From Ignavibacteriota bacterium (GTDB taxonomy: Bacteria > Bacteroidota > Ignavibacteria > Palsa-1295), in contig CAWBEI010000004.1 of the NCBI GenBank assembly GCA_963787835.1, forward strand, positions 1-64,000: a stretch of DNA of 64,000 nt, given 5' to 3'. The translations under genes and the position numbers were made by a program. Positions 62,985 to 64,000 of this stretch are shown here, piece by piece; position 1 is the stretch's first letter; every line of letters starts with the position of its first letter. The notes under the pieces were generated by a model that was given only the letters and a program-made list of their open reading frames with translations, had not been told where the DNA came from and ran no database searches.

Positions 62985-63936
62985 CTACTGCACCTTATCG
63001 AATTCTCCTGACAAACTTTCATTCCCTGCAACGATCCGATAGTGATACGACCCCGTGGGGAGCATGGAAATATCAATGGGTTGAATATGTACTCCGTTTG
63101 ATTGTACCTCATCCATTGCACGCTGTATCAATTGTCCCGCTTCATCGAAAAGCTCGATGGAGACGGCTTCCGTAGTGGGCAGCGAGTAATTAAATGTTAT
63201 GCTCTGAAATGCAGGATCGGGGAACGGCGGCTGTACGGAGAAGCCGGTTGGAGTCAGTTGTGCAACACCGGATGGGGTATTGCTGACATGCGCGATAAAC
63301 ATGGCGTTGGAGTACCAATAGAGCGAGCCATTAAGATCGGTAAAGTGAAGACCGGCGACATATAATTGTTGAGCGGCAGGGCCATACTCCCGGGCAGCGC
63401 ATGCTGTTATCGTCGAACGGGACAGGCGCATCGTAGGCTACGCTGTCGATGCCAATTCCGAATTCGATATCCGAGGAGTTCATATCGGTAATGGCAAGGA
63501 CAACGAAAAATGCGGTATCGACAAAAACATGGGGGACGTGAAGCCGCAGCCACACGCCATCACTGATCTCCGACACAGTGGGGTGATGCTCATACTGGTA
63601 CAAAATATTCGAGGTATCGGCAATAAGATACTCACCTGTCGAATCGTAAGTCGAGCCCATAACATAGACGACATAATTATTTTGGGGAACGTCAACAAAA
63701 TGGGGAAGACTATACGCGAGTTCGAGTGAATCGAGATAGGTAGTTCCGTATGGTGAAGTGAATCGCTCGGCAAGCCCGGCGAGGGGGGTGGTATCGGTGC
63801 CTTGGTAATGGAATCGAGGAAAATGCAGCAGCGGGTGCTGGCCCTCCTGCAGGAAATAGGATAGCGATTCCGTTTGCTGTCCATGCGAAGTGGAAGCGAA
63901 AAGAAGAAGCAAAATGACGAAACCAGTCTTTTTCAT
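62985..63936 (-). CDS. Secreted protein with T9SS-type C-terminal domain; frameshift near 63420
   Basis: Signal peptide MKKTGFVILLLL...GQ; PFPDP...IELFDEAGQLI...LPTGSYHYRI CTD in the second frame. Confidence 0.7.
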
Positions 63937-64000
63937 AGAGCACAAAAATACAAAAGTTTTAAGCTTTCTTACGAATTTTTTTGTAATTTACCGGTCGCTT

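Noticed and set aside
13262-63431. Programmed frameshifts or true pseudogenes at ~13270, ~29720, ~32160, ~41455 and ~63420
   Set aside because: Isolated small indels in otherwise intact genes, also seen in essential rpsC, point to long-read error. Only the CT run at ~32160 could be real slippage; reads are needed to decide.

Overview
Bacterial contig whose bulk (about 1.0-64 kb) looks like FCB-group DNA (Bacteroidota/Kapabacteria/Ignavibacteria-like). The evidence is T9SS-type C-terminal domains, Gln after signal peptides and a long SecA; the taxonomy is inferred. The first ~1 kb is an error-rich, higher-GC rplV'-rpsC-rplP' fragment fused at ~1003 to a 5'-truncated methyltransferase, probably an assembly chimera. 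Main blocks: (i) 4.2-17.5 kb, an operon of four secreted Gly/Thr/Ser-rich, phage-tail-fibre-like proteins preceded by an 18-bp-period TTAGTTTG array. (ii) 17.76-40.4 kb, a ~22.6 kb tyrosine-integrase island in tRNA-Ser(GCT). Unusually, it restores the 5' half of the tRNA and carries its own diverged copy of the upstream promoter-like sequence and a structured leader RNA. Its cargo is a Druantia-III-like pair, a resolvase and a dinB-DUF72-like-dnaE2 mutagenesis cassette with a candidate new palindromic operator. (iii) 40.4-64 kb, housekeeping genes (secA, dnaK, can, RRM, Hsp20) mixed with REP/RAYT elements, three TA pairs and a HEPN protein. This block also holds a 99-nt tRNA-like gene whose anticodon loop is replaced by a long hairpin, directly upstream of a small ORF and a Schlafen/AlbA_2 protein; this is the best novel-system candidate. 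Several single-base frameshifts are probably long-read errors. All calls come from reading the sequence; no searches were run.
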